Shown here one piece after another: positions 1-9,815 of a DNA stretch of 64,000 nt. The translations under genes were made by a program, and so were the position numbers. Positions within the stretch are counted from its first letter, which is position 1; each line of letters opens with the position of its first letter. A model generated the notes under the pieces. The model was not told the origin of the DNA. It ran no database searches and saw only the letters and a list, made by a program, of their open reading frames with translations. The stretch covers positions 372,001 to 436,000 of the IMG/VR virus record IMGVR_UViG_3300005613_000001. One strand, given 5' to 3'.

Positions 1-155
1 GGTATTTCACCCGCCTCTTTTGTATAGAATTCGTGTTTCATATCGCCGGGGGATATTTCTTCATCAAAGCTCTTAACAGTATCTTCAACTTCTTTCATGA
101 AGTCATCATCTTTTTTTTGTTCTTTTTTCCAATCATCCCAGGTCTTAAGAGCCAT
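1..155 (-). CDS. partial hypothetical protein (runs off window), N-terminus MALKTWDDWKKE
   Basis: ATG at 155 overlaps the end of the UDG gene; frame open to position 1; hand-translated. Confidence 0.6.
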   Translation of the reverse strand, partial: MALKTWDDWKKEQKKDDDFMKEVEDTVKSFDEEISPGDMKHEFYTKEAGEI

Positions 156-714
156 TATTTATCTCCTTCAGTAACACTTTAAAGTCTTCAATCATACCGA
201 GTTTTGCACTGGGGTTTCTTAGTGCATATGCGGGATGGAATATGGGTAGAACTTTCATTTCCCCGAATTGTTGCCATATCCCTCGTATCTTACTTATAGG
301 AGTGTCAATGCCCAATAAATTATGGGCTGCTACCGCCCCCATGCAAACGATGTATTTAGGATTGATGATTTTGAGTTGTAAATCAAAATAGGGGCGGCAA
401 TTCAACCTTTCCCCCAATTCAGGATTTCTATTTTTAGGGGGGCGGCATTTGATGGTATTTAGAATATAAACATCATCTCTATCCCATCCACAGGCAGTTT
501 TTAATACATCATCTAGAAGTTTGCCTGCGCGGCCTACAAATGGGGTTCCCTGTAGGTCTTCATCCCGGCCTGGTGCCTCTCCGCAGAGTACGATTCCCTT
601 ATCTGGATTTCCAGTCCCGAAGACGGTGTTTGTTCTGGTGCTGGCTAATTCTTCACATTTAGTACAAGTTTCTACCTTCTTGTTTAGAAGGGCTAACATA
701 TCTTTTCTATTCAT
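145..714 (-). CDS. udg: uracil-DNA glycosylase, family 4
   Basis: CxxC, GEAPG, PFVGRAG, KCRPP-NR and HPAY motifs. Confidence 0.95.
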   Translation of the reverse strand: MNRKDMLALLNKKVETCTKCEELASTRTNTVFGTGNPDKGIVLCGEAPGRDEDLQGTPFVGRAGKLLDDVLKTACGWDRDDVYILNTIKCRPPKNRNPELGERLNCRPYFDLQLKIINPKYIVCMGAVAAHNLLGIDTPISKIRGIWQQFGEMKVLPIFHPAYALRNPSAKLGMIEDFKVLLKEINNGS

Positions 715-953
715 GGATATCCTGCCTCATTTCCACTCTCTAAAATTGCTTGATTAATTAATCCTCGTAATTGCGCAACTTCTTTAGGCTCCTTCGGTTC
801 AACCACTTGCCCGGTTTGAGAACAGTGATAACCCCTTGTGCATTTACAGGGGGTGTTGGCTAGTTGTTTCAATGCGTTAAACAAATGTTCTGATAGAGAC
901 ATTTTGACATTAAATGTGTTGGTAACGGTAGTTTTTTTCTTAATTTCTATCAT
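711..953 (-). CDS. hypothetical protein
   Basis: AAGGGAG RBS before MIEIKKK; stop overlaps udg start. Confidence 0.6.
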   Translation of the reverse strand: MIEIKKKTTVTNTFNVKMSLSEHLFNALKQLANTPCKCTRGYHCSQTGQVVEPKEPKEVAQLRGLINQAILESGNEAGYP

Positions 954-1011
954 TGATCGTCTCCCTTTTATGTGATTATATGTAATAAATACAATTAAAT
1001 CAAGGAGCAAG

Positions 1012-1761
1012 ATGAACATAATTGTCAATACAATATGCTGGAATGAAGAGAAGATGTTACCTTTCTTTTTGAAGTATTATGAGCAATTCGCCTCTGAAAT
1101 CATAGTACATGACAATTATTCAACTGATGAATCGCCTCAGATTATTAAAAAGCACCCTAAAGCTAAGCTAAAGCATTTTTTCACAGGTGATAAATCTAGA
1201 GAGGATGTAGAGATTAAGGTAAAGGGACATGCTTGGAAGAAGTACCGAAGGGCTGATTGGGTTATAAATGTGGATATTGATGAGTACCTTTATCACCCTG
1301 ATCTTCTGGGGTTTTTAGATAAGTGCAAAAAGAAAGGCATTACAGCCCCCACCCCAAAGGGCTATGAAATGATAAGTGATAGGTTCCCCAATTACGGCAG
1401 TCATATTTTTGAGCAAGTTCAGTGGGGAATGAGAAAGCACAAGATGGATAAGATGGCTATATTTGATCCCAGAGAAATTCAAGAAGTGAATTATGGCCCT
1501 GGATGCCACCCCCCTAGAGGCCCACAGGCGCATATGTTTCAACCCAAAGGAAACATTGTGAGTCGTCGGAACCCTGATTTTAAATTACTTCACTTCAAAT
1601 TCCTCGGATTTGAATACGTTCGCCAAAGATATGAGGTATTGGGGGCTAGAAAAAGCCAAGAAGATATTGCATGTACTTACGGAATGTGTTATTTTGATAG
1701 CGCCAGGAAGCTTATGAAGCGATTTAACAAAATAAAAGCTAATTCCGTAAAGGTGGTATAG
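1012..1761 (+). CDS. GT2-like glycosyltransferase
   Basis: CWNEEKML, DNYSTD, VDIDE (DxD) motifs; AAGGAG RBS. Confidence 0.85.
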   Translation: MNIIVNTICWNEEKMLPFFLKYYEQFASEIIVHDNYSTDESPQIIKKHPKAKLKHFFTGDKSREDVEIKVKGHAWKKYRRADWVINVDIDEYLYHPDLLGFLDKCKKKGITAPTPKGYEMISDRFPNYGSHIFEQVQWGMRKHKMDKMAIFDPREIQEVNYGPGCHPPRGPQAHMFQPKGNIVSRRNPDFKLLHFKFLGFEYVRQRYEVLGARKSQEDIACTYGMCYFDSARKLMKRFNKIKANSVKVV

Positions 1762-1762
1762 A

Positions 1763-2437
1763 TTAACGCTGAGCAGTTAGAGTAATTCGCAATCCTTCTT
1801 CGTATGCCTCCAATTGCTTCCCTCTTGCTTTCCCCCAATCAAAGTAATTTATTTTTTCAAAGCTAAAACTGTGCAACATCATCTCAATAGCTTTGATTGA
1901 AGGGATGCCAACAAGGGCCATTCCATGTTGTGTGTTAGGCTTTAATATGCCATTTTGAGCAGCGGTGCCTTTTTCTGTTTTTAATCCAATGGATGGCTGA
2001 TCGTCTCCATTTACTTGGCTGTCAATAATTATATGTTTGACTCCCGTTTTAACTATTTTTTCAAGAATGGCGTATTGACTTAATGTGTGATAAAAAACAC
2101 CCAAGATAAAAGCTACATCGTATTTCCCCTCGATGGCCTCTACATCTATATTTGCTTGTTTAAATTGATATTTATTTTTGTCTATCCCGTATTGTAAGAA
2201 ATTAGATTCAGCAATTTTGAGTGATGATTCTCTTGCCTCATATCCTGTTATTGATTTCGCTCCATTTTTGAGAGCGGCAAAAGACCATCGACCATCGCAA
2301 GAGCCCAAATCAATTATGCGAGCCCCTTTGATAATTTCGAGATTATTTTGAATAATTGCTTTATATCGCCATTTAAGTCTATCAGGGTGATTGGCGACCG
2401 GGCCTTTTAAAAATACAGGGTATTTATTAAAAAACAT
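1763..2437 (-). CDS. class I SAM-dependent methyltransferase
   Basis: IIDLGSCDG motif I, GVFYH. Confidence 0.85.
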   Translation of the reverse strand: MFFNKYPVFLKGPVANHPDRLKWRYKAIIQNNLEIIKGARIIDLGSCDGRWSFAALKNGAKSITGYEARESSLKIAESNFLQYGIDKNKYQFKQANIDVEAIEGKYDVAFILGVFYHTLSQYAILEKIVKTGVKHIIIDSQVNGDDQPSIGLKTEKGTAAQNGILKPNTQHGMALVGIPSIKAIEMMLHSFSFEKINYFDWGKARGKQLEAYEEGLRITLTAQR

Positions 2438-2502
2438 ATCTTCCCTTTGTTTTCATATTATGTTATAGTATGTGTTATACTTCCGATAATTAGGAGTTAA
2501 AA

Positions 2503-3240
2503 ATGCGAGGCGTAATATTAGCAGGCGGAAAAGGGACGCGAATGTGCCCTTCTACCAAAGTAACAAATAAACACCTTCTGCCCGTTTATTCTGAGAAGGG
2601 TGCTGTACCAATGATTTTCTATCCTATCAGAACATTGGTGCAAAGCGGTATTACTGACATCCTCATCATCTCATCAAGAGAGCATTGTGGGCATATCATC
2701 CAAAATCTAGGAGATGGATATGATTTTGGGGCAAACTTCTCCTACAAGATTCAAGATCACCAACGAGTCCAATTAGGAATTGCCAGTGCATTAAAATTAG
2801 CTGAAAATTTCGTTAATGGAGAAAACTTTTCTGTTATATTAGGTGATAATTTCTTTGAAGACACCTTTGTAGATCAAGTAGAAGAATGGAACATGGGTGG
2901 TTGTTTGCCTCCCGCCGCCGTCTTCTTAAAAGAAACAACTGAAATTGAACGATTCGGTTGTGCAACTTTAAGTGAAGATCGTGTTACTAAAATTGTAGAG
3001 AAGCCCAAAGTTCCTGAAAGCAATTGGGCCGTCACGGGACTCTATTTCTACACGCCTCAAGTATTTGAAGTGGCTGAAACTTTAAAGCCGAGTCATCGTG
3101 GAGAATTAGAAATCACAGATATTAACAATCATTATTGTCCCGATTTACTTGGTGTGAAATTAAAGGGGTTCTGGAGCGATATGGGAACCCCTAATAGCAT
3201 GGCGAACACTCAAGAATTTATGCAACATCATAATTTTTGA
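2503..3240 (+). CDS. rfbA: glucose-1-phosphate thymidylyltransferase-like nucleotidyltransferase
   Basis: GVILAGGKGTR, NKHLLPV, LGDN, VEKP, RGELEITD, WSDMGT. Confidence 0.9.
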   Translation: MRGVILAGGKGTRMCPSTKVTNKHLLPVYSEKGAVPMIFYPIRTLVQSGITDILIISSREHCGHIIQNLGDGYDFGANFSYKIQDHQRVQLGIASALKLAENFVNGENFSVILGDNFFEDTFVDQVEEWNMGGCLPPAAVFLKETTEIERFGCATLSEDRVTKIVEKPKVPESNWAVTGLYFYTPQVFEVAETLKPSHRGELEITDINNHYCPDLLGVKLKGFWSDMGTPNSMANTQEFMQHHNF

Positions 3241-4099
3241 GGCGAGCTTGTATAGACTTGTGAATTTTCTTTAATGCTTGAGTTTCTGTTTCTCTATATC
3301 TCTCAACCTCTAATACCAATTTCTTCTTTTCGGTAATATCAATTACTGCACCTTCTACGCATCTGAAGCCGGGACAATTTGGAAGACATTTACCTTGGCG
3401 TTGACATAAGCCCTTACATATTTTCCCTGTAATTAAAACCCATTTTTCTTCTTTGGTTAAGGGCAGTTCAATATGAACTTCAAAATCTGTAACTTCCCCA
3501 TGTTTTTCTACAAGGTGGATGAACTGCCTTCTCTTCAAGGGGTCAAGATAAAGTTCAGTTGATTTAATGTTTTTTAGATCGCTGAATTCTACCCCAAGCA
3601 ACCTAACCATAGCAGGATTCGCTTTAATAAAAGTGCCATCTTCAAGTGTGGTGGTATAGAATCCAATAGGGGCGTTGTTATAGAAGTTCTGGTAATATTC
3701 TCGTTCATTCTCTGTGTTTTTAACTTTGATTGCATTCACAACAGAGTGGCATAACAAACCAGGCTCCGCCTCTATTTTACCTTTGGGTATATAATCTTGA
3801 GCCCCGGCTTTGAGCATCTCAACAGTAAGGGTTTCATCTCCATAACCAGTTATGACTATAATGGGGGTAAGAATTTGTCTGGATCGAATATCTTTAATTA
3901 ATTCTAATCCAGTGTAATCTGTCATCATATAGTCTATGATGATACAGTCGAAACTGCGTTTTCTTATCCAGTTTAGAGCTTCTTTGCCTGTTGAGGCTTT
4001 TTTCAATTCAGGACGCAGGCCCTTTAGCGCCTTTGAAAGCATCATTAGGTCAGCATCATCATCATCTGCCAAAAGCAGAACATATTTTTTCTTTGCCAT
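3218..4099 (-). CDS. response regulator, REC + PAS domains
   Basis: ADDD..IIDYMM..ITGYG..YIPK receiver; NAPIGFY..ANPA..DITE PAS/PAC. Confidence 0.9.
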   Translation of the reverse strand: MAKKKYVLLLADDDDADLMMLSKALKGLRPELKKASTGKEALNWIRKRSFDCIIIDYMMTDYTGLELIKDIRSRQILTPIIVITGYGDETLTVEMLKAGAQDYIPKGKIEAEPGLLCHSVVNAIKVKNTENEREYYQNFYNNAPIGFYTTTLEDGTFIKANPAMVRLLGVEFSDLKNIKSTELYLDPLKRRQFIHLVEKHGEVTDFEVHIELPLTKEEKWVLITGKICKGLCQRQGKCLPNCPGFRCVEGAVIDITEKKKLVLEVERYRETETQALKKIHKSIQARLKNYDVA

Positions 4100-4122
4100 T
4101 TTCCCTTACTTTCCTTGTATGT

Positions 4123-5652
4123 CTATTTATGAAGTGTGAAGTAAAATTTCGCACCTTCTCCCTCTTTTGAAATAACCCAAATTTTGCCTTTATATTCTTC
4201 TACTATCTTTTTTACTAATGATAAACCTATTCCCGTACTTTCTGTAGAATCTTTAGGTTCTAGAGTCTGGAATATCTGAAATATCTTATCATGATACTTA
4301 GATTCTATCCCAGGACCATTATCCGAAACACAAAATTCAACACAATCCCCGACATCTCTATTAGATATTTCAATTTTAATATTATCGGGATCATTATGAT
4401 GTTTTACAGCATTATTTATTAAATTAGAAAAAAGCTGTATCATCCTAGTGGGATTAGCCTCAATAAACTTCACTTCGAAACTTTTTTCTGTAACTGTTTC
4501 TAATGAGACTTCTACTTCCTTTATTACTCTCTGGATGTTTAATTTCTCTTTATTTACTTCCATACGGCCAATGCGAGAGAATTCAAGCAAGCCATTAATT
4601 AGAGATTCCATTCTTTTCACTCTTTGTTGTAAAAGCTCAACATGATCTGTAACATCTAGATTTTCTTTTAAGTCCTCCGCAATCCAAGATGATAAATTAA
4701 ACACTGCCCTCAAAGGAGCTTTCAAATCGTGAGATGCCACATAAGCGAATTGACTAAGTTCGGCATTAGAAGCAAGCAATTCATCTGTCCGCTGCGCAAC
4801 GCGAATTTCTAGAGAATCATTTGCCTCTTTCAATTGTTCATTTTGAATATAAATTTGATCTTTATTCTCTTTCAGGGAATGCATCATTTGCACCACGGAA
4901 TGAAATATGCCGGTAGTTTCTTTTTCTACTGCAACATTCAAATCGCCTGTTGCAATTCTTTCTGTTAATGATGCAATTTCTGAAGGTTCGCCACCTACCT
5001 GTGTTAAAACATTGCGAGTAATAAAGATAGTCAAAACTATCCCTGCCAAACAAGCAATGACGGTACTCACAATTAAAAAAATAACAGCATGTCTTGCTGT
5101 TGTTGTCGCTTCTTGCTGACGGGTTTCCAACAACCCCTTTTCCACATTGATAAATTCTTGTATGTGAAGTCGTATGTTGCCCATCTTGCCTTTGCCAATA
5201 GGAAGCATTGCAATGATTTCAGGATGTATTGGGCCTTCAAGATCTGTTATGCGAAGTTTAATTTCTTCTTTAGCTACGGAGTCCAGCCAATCCTGAACTA
5301 ATTTATCAATTTCTCTCACCTTTTCAATTTGAGATGGATTATCTGAAACGTGGTTATTCAAATGGGTTTGCATTTCCGCATATTCTTTTTGCCCACGCTC
5401 ATAGGGCTCTAGAAATTCCCGTGTGCCCGTAATAATGAAACCCCGCAATCCTGTTTCCATGTCAATAATTGATCCTTCAATAGCATGTGCATCGCCTATC
5501 ACTTCATTTGTGTGAATTACCCATTCTTCCGTTTCAATAATTGATGAAATGCTAAAGTGGCTCACAAGCGAAGTGGCAACCATAATCGCTAAAATAACAG
5601 CATAACCAAAAATTAATTTGGTGCGTAATGGGGCATCATTTTTCCAGTTCAC
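4123..5652 (-). CDS. membrane sensor histidine kinase (CHASE3-HisKA-HATPase)
   Basis: two TM segments, DMETGLRGF..FLEPY (CHASE3), ASHDLKAP H-box, N/G1/F/G2 boxes. Confidence 0.95.
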   Translation of the reverse strand: MNWKNDAPLRTKLIFGYAVILAIMVATSLVSHFSISSIIETEEWVIHTNEVIGDAHAIEGSIIDMETGLRGFIITGTREFLEPYERGQKEYAEMQTHLNNHVSDNPSQIEKVREIDKLVQDWLDSVAKEEIKLRITDLEGPIHPEIIAMLPIGKGKMGNIRLHIQEFINVEKGLLETRQQEATTTARHAVIFLIVSTVIACLAGIVLTIFITRNVLTQVGGEPSEIASLTERIATGDLNVAVEKETTGIFHSVVQMMHSLKENKDQIYIQNEQLKEANDSLEIRVAQRTDELLASNAELSQFAYVASHDLKAPLRAVFNLSSWIAEDLKENLDVTDHVELLQQRVKRMESLINGLLEFSRIGRMEVNKEKLNIQRVIKEVEVSLETVTEKSFEVKFIEANPTRMIQLFSNLINNAVKHHNDPDNIKIEISNRDVGDCVEFCVSDNGPGIESKYHDKIFQIFQTLEPKDSTESTGIGLSLVKKIVEEYKGKIWVISKEGEGAKFYFTLHK

Positions 5653-6055
5653 AAAGGCTCCAATATTTTCCTAAAATAGCCATTTTTTCAACAAATTGTT
5701 CCATCCCTACCGGCTTTAACAAATAGCCAGCAACATTGTTCCCATATGCTTTAACAATATCTTCATCATTGGCAGAAGAAGTAAGTATAACTACAGGAAG
5801 TGATTTCAACTCATCGTCTTTCCTGATTTCTGTTAGGAATTCAAGACCATTCATTTTCGGCATATTTAAATCTAAAAGAACAATAAGAGGTTGTTTGAGC
5901 TTCTTTTGCCCATTCTCTCCTCTCAATAAATCTAATGCTTCCAATCCATTTCCTGCCACATGAAGACTGTTAATAATATTGGCCTTTTTAAAGGCTCTTT
6001 TAATGGTTATAACATCTACTTCATCATCTTCTACCAAAAGAAAGCTGTACATCAT
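5636..6055 (-). CDS. single-domain response regulator (Rcp1-like)
   Basis: LVEDD, LLDLNMPKMNG, LTSS, LKP. Confidence 0.95.
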   Translation of the reverse strand: MMYSFLLVEDDEVDVITIKRAFKKANIINSLHVAGNGLEALDLLRGENGQKKLKQPLIVLLDLNMPKMNGLEFLTEIRKDDELKSLPVVILTSSANDEDIVKAYGNNVAGYLLKPVGMEQFVEKMAILGKYWSLCELEK

Positions 6056-6085
6056 AATTAATTTCCTCCATACTATTTATGCGCA

Positions 6086-6120
6086 TAAAAAAAACCCTCG
6101 CCAAATGGCGAGGGTTTTTT
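6086..6120. terminator. intrinsic terminator, bidirectional form
   Basis: A-tract CCCTCGCCA AA TGGCGAGGG T-tract, downstream of Hsp20. Confidence 0.85.
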
Positions 6121-6134
6121 AAATTAAAGGGATT

Positions 6135-6560
6135 TTAGCCCGTTTTAATTTCAATCTTGTGCGGCTTGTGGGCTTTAGATTTCCCCAATTTAACGGTCAG
6201 CACACCATTTTCTAATTGTGCTTCAACAGATTCGGAATCAACGTCAGTGGGAAGGGCGATTGTGCGGGTGAGATCTTCGGCAGAAAACTCTCGCCTAATG
6301 ACTTGAGTAGTTTCCGCTTCAAAAGGATCATCACGCTTCGCGGCAATTGTAAGGGAATCTCCGCAAACTGATACATCAACGTCTTCTGCTTTGAATCCTG
6401 GCAACTCACACTGTACGGTGAAGCCATCTAGTGATTCCGACACATTTAATGGCAGAGCCCTTTCAAACAGCCGAACATCACCTTGCATTCCTTTTTCAAT
6501 AGCTTCCAAGAGTGCTGCGCCACCAATTCCTGCCGCAATAGGTCCAAAAACTCTAGTCAT
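6135..6560 (-). CDS. Hsp20/alpha-crystallin small heat-shock protein
   Basis: ELPG, RTIALP, ENGVLTV, IEI tail; AAGGAG RBS before MTRVF. Confidence 0.92.
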   Translation of the reverse strand: MTRVFGPIAAGIGGAALLEAIEKGMQGDVRLFERALPLNVSESLDGFTVQCELPGFKAEDVDVSVCGDSLTIAAKRDDPFEAETTQVIRREFSAEDLTRTIALPTDVDSESVEAQLENGVLTVKLGKSKAHKPHKIEIKTG

Positions 6561-6570
6561 GGTAATCTCC

Positions 6571-6753
6571 TTAAAAATGAGCGAGTGCAGATAGATTGCT
6601 GGAAAAGTCACATCTAGCTACATCAAACACAAAATGTTTTTCATCAAGCGTTTGTTCAACTTGTTCTTGAGCTTCTCTTGAACTGGGAGAATCTACTAGA
6701 ACTGATTTTTTTCTTCGATTTATTGAAGATGCAATAGTAACTTTGTACGTCAT
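6571..6753 (-). CDS. hypothetical protein
   Basis: translationally coupled to upstream ORF. Confidence 0.6.
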   Translation of the reverse strand: MTYKVTIASSINRRKKSVLVDSPSSREAQEQVEQTLDEKHFVFDVARCDFSSNLSALAHF

Positions 6754-7262
6754 GCTATTTTCATTGATTGCACCGCACGAACTTCTTGAAGACAGCGAGT
6801 TAGTTCGTGTGCGGCATTTAGTCCATCGGTGGCAGGTTTATATACTGCTGGGTCTTCTGCCTTGATTTCCTGCAAAAAATCAATAACAGCACTAAGAGCG
6901 ACTTCCAATTGTGACTTGTTGATTGCCCTATCACGAACAATTTTCAGTGCTTGTGAGGTATCATGTCGCAAGCGTTCCCGTAAATTTTCTGCAAATTCAT
7001 CGTCTGTTAAAGTGCGAAGAATAACGGTTTCAACCTTAGCATTTTGGTTGAATATAACCGAACGACCGTCTGGGGAAGGTTTAGCACCCCATAAATCTAG
7101 CCCTCTTGGAACCCCCCCTGGGTAGATATCACGCATATCCACCAGGGCGGTAAAGCCATCACCAAACCCCAACCTAACACTTCCGTTTTCATTAACTGCG
7201 GAGGTTAGGTAAAGTGGGGAGGTAGAATCATTCTTCGGAAGGCTGTGAGATGGAATTTCCAT
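6750..7262 (-). CDS. hypothetical protein (N-terminus loosely DUF2442-like)
   Basis: 170 aa ORF with AAGGAG RBS. Confidence 0.7.
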   Translation of the reverse strand: MEIPSHSLPKNDSTSPLYLTSAVNENGSVRLGFGDGFTALVDMRDIYPGGVPRGLDLWGAKPSPDGRSVIFNQNAKVETVILRTLTDDEFAENLRERLRHDTSQALKIVRDRAINKSQLEVALSAVIDFLQEIKAEDPAVYKPATDGLNAAHELTRCLQEVRAVQSMKIA

Positions 7263-7264
7263 TT

Positions 7265-7307
7265 ATGCTCCTTTTTCACAATATACCATAAAAAAGGAGC
7301 ATGTAAA
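7265..7307 (-). promoter_or_regulatory. sigma70-like promoter nested in a 12-bp RBS-sequestering hairpin
   Basis: TTTACA-N16-(TG)TATATT; inverted repeat ATGCTCCTTTTT/AAAAAGGAGCAT covers the SD. Confidence 0.6.
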
Positions 7308-7311
7308 GGAG

Positions 7312-7743
7312 CTAGTCTATAACAACACCGTCCATTGGGTCTTCATTGATAAGCACTTCTGGATCAACTTGATCGTCCACCGGAGCTTCATTTAGCTTTT
7401 TAATCGGTGGTTCTTCAACAATCTGCTCAACAGTGCCTTCTGTAGTAACTGTTTCAGGTTGATCTAGAATAAGTTTTTCCTCGGTCATTGTATTCTCCAT
7501 TTGTTCTGGTGGAATGAGAGTGCGAACCAGTCTCGCCTCATTTGTTTTAACAAGGTCCATGAAGTAATCATCACCTTGAAACTCTTGCCCTGGTCCCACT
7601 ACTCTGGAACCATTTGCATCTGGCTTGGGTAACATTAAATCAGAATCTTGTGCATTTCTGAACACATACAACCCCTTGCCTCTTAAATCATATTCCAGCT
7701 TTTTCTTGCGGAATGCTCTCGCCTCGTACTTAGAAATTTTCAT
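7312..7743 (-). CDS. hypothetical protein
   Basis: 143 aa ORF, RBS. Confidence 0.75.
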   Translation of the reverse strand: MKISKYEARAFRKKKLEYDLRGKGLYVFRNAQDSDLMLPKPDANGSRVVGPGQEFQGDDYFMDLVKTNEARLVRTLIPPEQMENTMTEEKLILDQPETVTTEGTVEQIVEEPPIKKLNEAPVDDQVDPEVLINEDPMDGVVID

Positions 7744-7818
7744 AACCCGTTCTTTCCTTTCGCTGCCTTTTCTATTATAATAGTAGCAATCAGATTATAA
7801 CCTTGTGGAGATATATAT

Positions 7819-8211
7819 ATGAACTGGGACAAAGTTATTAAAAAAAGAATCAAAACAAGTGAAAAAAACAGAAAGGGTAATACGGTGAGCAAACCTCCTA
7901 AATGGACACAGGTATATCCTCAAGGAACACCCGCTGGGGATGAAGAACAGAGATTTTTCATTTCATTAGAACGACATAAAAAATTCATCTTCCGTAGTGT
8001 TGCCCAGTTAGCCAAGGAGACTCGCTTAACGAAAGAGCGAATAGAACAAATCATTCAAAAATATGCTCGCCGCAACATGGTCTTTCAAAATCCCAAGAAT
8101 GAAGACCAGTGGGGTTACTGGGAACGCTGCCCCAAATTACTCAAGTCAGATGAGATTAGTCTTTCTCGAAAAGATCAGAAAGATCGAATGGAGAAGTCTG
8201 AAGAAAAATAA
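7819..8211 (+). CDS. hypothetical protein, possible winged-HTH
   Basis: RSVAQLAKETRLTKERIEQII; GGAG RBS. Confidence 0.7.
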   Translation: MNWDKVIKKRIKTSEKNRKGNTVSKPPKWTQVYPQGTPAGDEEQRFFISLERHKKFIFRSVAQLAKETRLTKERIEQIIQKYARRNMVFQNPKNEDQWGYWERCPKLLKSDEISLSRKDQKDRMEKSEEK

Positions 8212-8279
8212 AAGCACAAAGCCCACACTAAAGGTGGGCCTTGTACTTCCCTTATTTCTTAGACAACTAACAAGATAAA

Positions 8280-8495
8280 TTAACTACCCATCTTGCCTGC
8301 CAGCTTACCATCTGCTGTAGACGTAGTGGGGTTAAAATATTTGTGCGGATATTGAGCCCTTACGTAAGCGTCTGGATAATTCTTGCTGGCACCTGCTCGG
8401 TGAGTGTTCTCACTGGCATCTGCATCTTCACTACCCTGTACCTCTACGGGAAGCTCAATTTTATTCTCTTCTGCCCATTGCATAAATGTTTTCAT
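8280..8495 (-). CDS. small putative internal head protein (CTS-like MKTFMQWAEE)
   Basis: N-terminal motif; exact TATAAATA at 8530-8537 upstream. Confidence 0.65.
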   Translation of the reverse strand: MKTFMQWAEENKIELPVEVQGSEDADASENTHRAGASKNYPDAYVRAQYPHKYFNPTTSTADGKLAGKMGS

Positions 8496-8601
8496 ATTGA
8501 ACACCTTCTTTAGATTAACCTAGTATTCTTATTTATATAGGAGCGTGCAGTTTTTTTTTAATAGAGATTTGTTTTTCTCTAGAGGTATATATACTTGTAA
8601 A

Positions 8602-8697
8602 ATGGGATGTAACTGTGGAAAAAGGAAAAAACGGGTAAGAAAAATCAGAGTCTTAAAACGCCCTTTACCTCCCAAAAAAGTGATTAAATTATTATGA
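8602..8697 (+). CDS. 31-aa basic peptide MGCNCGKRKK...
   Basis: hand-translated; same start type as next ORF. Confidence 0.55.
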   Translation: MGCNCGKRKKRVRKIRVLKRPLPPKKVIKLL

Positions 8698-8707
8698 GGA
8701 GATAATT

Positions 8708-8962
8708 ATGGGATGTGGTTGTGGTGGATCATCAAGACGACCAACTCGCCGTCCGAGAGCGACTCAAAGATTCCAGGCAAAAAAGGTGGGTGGTGTAAGA
8801 CAAACTAATAATCCCAATGTCCCAAGACGACCCAAACAGGTTAAAGCGAAAACCAAAGCGTCTACGACACACCCCCAAAGTGAAACTAGCATCATGAAGC
8901 ATAGAGAAAAGATTAAGAAGCTTCGTGAAAAAGCTATTATGAATAAATTGGGGCGAAGGTAA
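8708..8962 (+). CDS. basic protein MGCGCGG...
   Basis: GAGGAG RBS; Arg/Lys-rich. Confidence 0.7.
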   Translation: MGCGCGGSSRRPTRRPRATQRFQAKKVGGVRQTNNPNVPRRPKQVKAKTKASTTHPQSETSIMKHREKIKKLREKAIMNKLGRR

Positions 8963-8963
8963 A

Positions 8964-9812
8964 TTAGTCATTACCCATATCAATTTTGTATGATCTATCT
9001 GGCATTTGCCACCTACGGGAATCTATGGGGGTATTGATCCTAATATTGACTAGATTCCATTGAAGCTTAACATCCTCATCATGCCATATAATTACAAGCT
9101 TTTGGGGCACACTTACGCCTCCAACTGTCGTCCATTCCTTGATTTCAGTGCTTGCAACCATTTGTCCGCGTTCAAACAAATAGTGCCCCATTATACGCTC
9201 TTTTTGGGGGTCAATTAAGGTCATTTTATTGACTAATTGACCCATTGTGTTCACTCTTCGCTCGGTTAAAGCCCAATATTTATCTGTTTTGCGTAAATCG
9301 GCTTTCTCATTAACCTTACCTAAACTGAGTGATTCCATAATCCACATAGGGTTGAATGGCGTTTTTAGTCTTGTTTTGTGAAGGTCTGTATGTAAAGCCC
9401 AATGTAAAGCAGGAGGGTTCATCCTCTTAGACCAAAACCAAAAGATATTATCATTAGACCCCAAATCAGACTCAGAGCCTAAAACTGAGCGGGTTTTCAT
9501 TCTGAACCGTATGGGCTTTTCATAGTCCAAATCCGCCCGCAACCGCACAATCCTCTTTCCATCATCAATTTGTATTTCAATATCACATCCGAAGTTTCTA
9601 ATTAAGTTGCTTCGCTCATTGATGTTAAGAATGACGCTTTCTACCTTATTTTCTTCTTCTGGGGCGATCTCTGATATGATGGGAGTATTAGCAAGATAAA
9701 GCTCATCTGTAACAGGTTTGCCACATATTTTAAGAAAGAACACAGTGGCTAAGGTGAAAATGAAAAGTCCGAAAGAAATGACTTTACCTTTAGTTTGATA
9801 AAAGCTCTTCAT
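8964..9812 (-). CDS. membrane-anchored exported protein, LolA-like fold suspected
   Basis: N-terminal TM; DLGSND.FWFW..RM.PPAL segment; start reassigned to MKSFYQ. Confidence 0.65.
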   Translation of the reverse strand: MKSFYQTKGKVISFGLFIFTLATVFFLKICGKPVTDELYLANTPIISEIAPEEENKVESVILNINERSNLIRNFGCDIEIQIDDGKRIVRLRADLDYEKPIRFRMKTRSVLGSESDLGSNDNIFWFWSKRMNPPALHWALHTDLHKTRLKTPFNPMWIMESLSLGKVNEKADLRKTDKYWALTERRVNTMGQLVNKMTLIDPQKERIMGHYLFERGQMVASTEIKEWTTVGGVSVPQKLVIIWHDEDVKLQWNLVNIRINTPIDSRRWQMPDRSYKIDMGND

Positions 9813-9815
9813 GAT

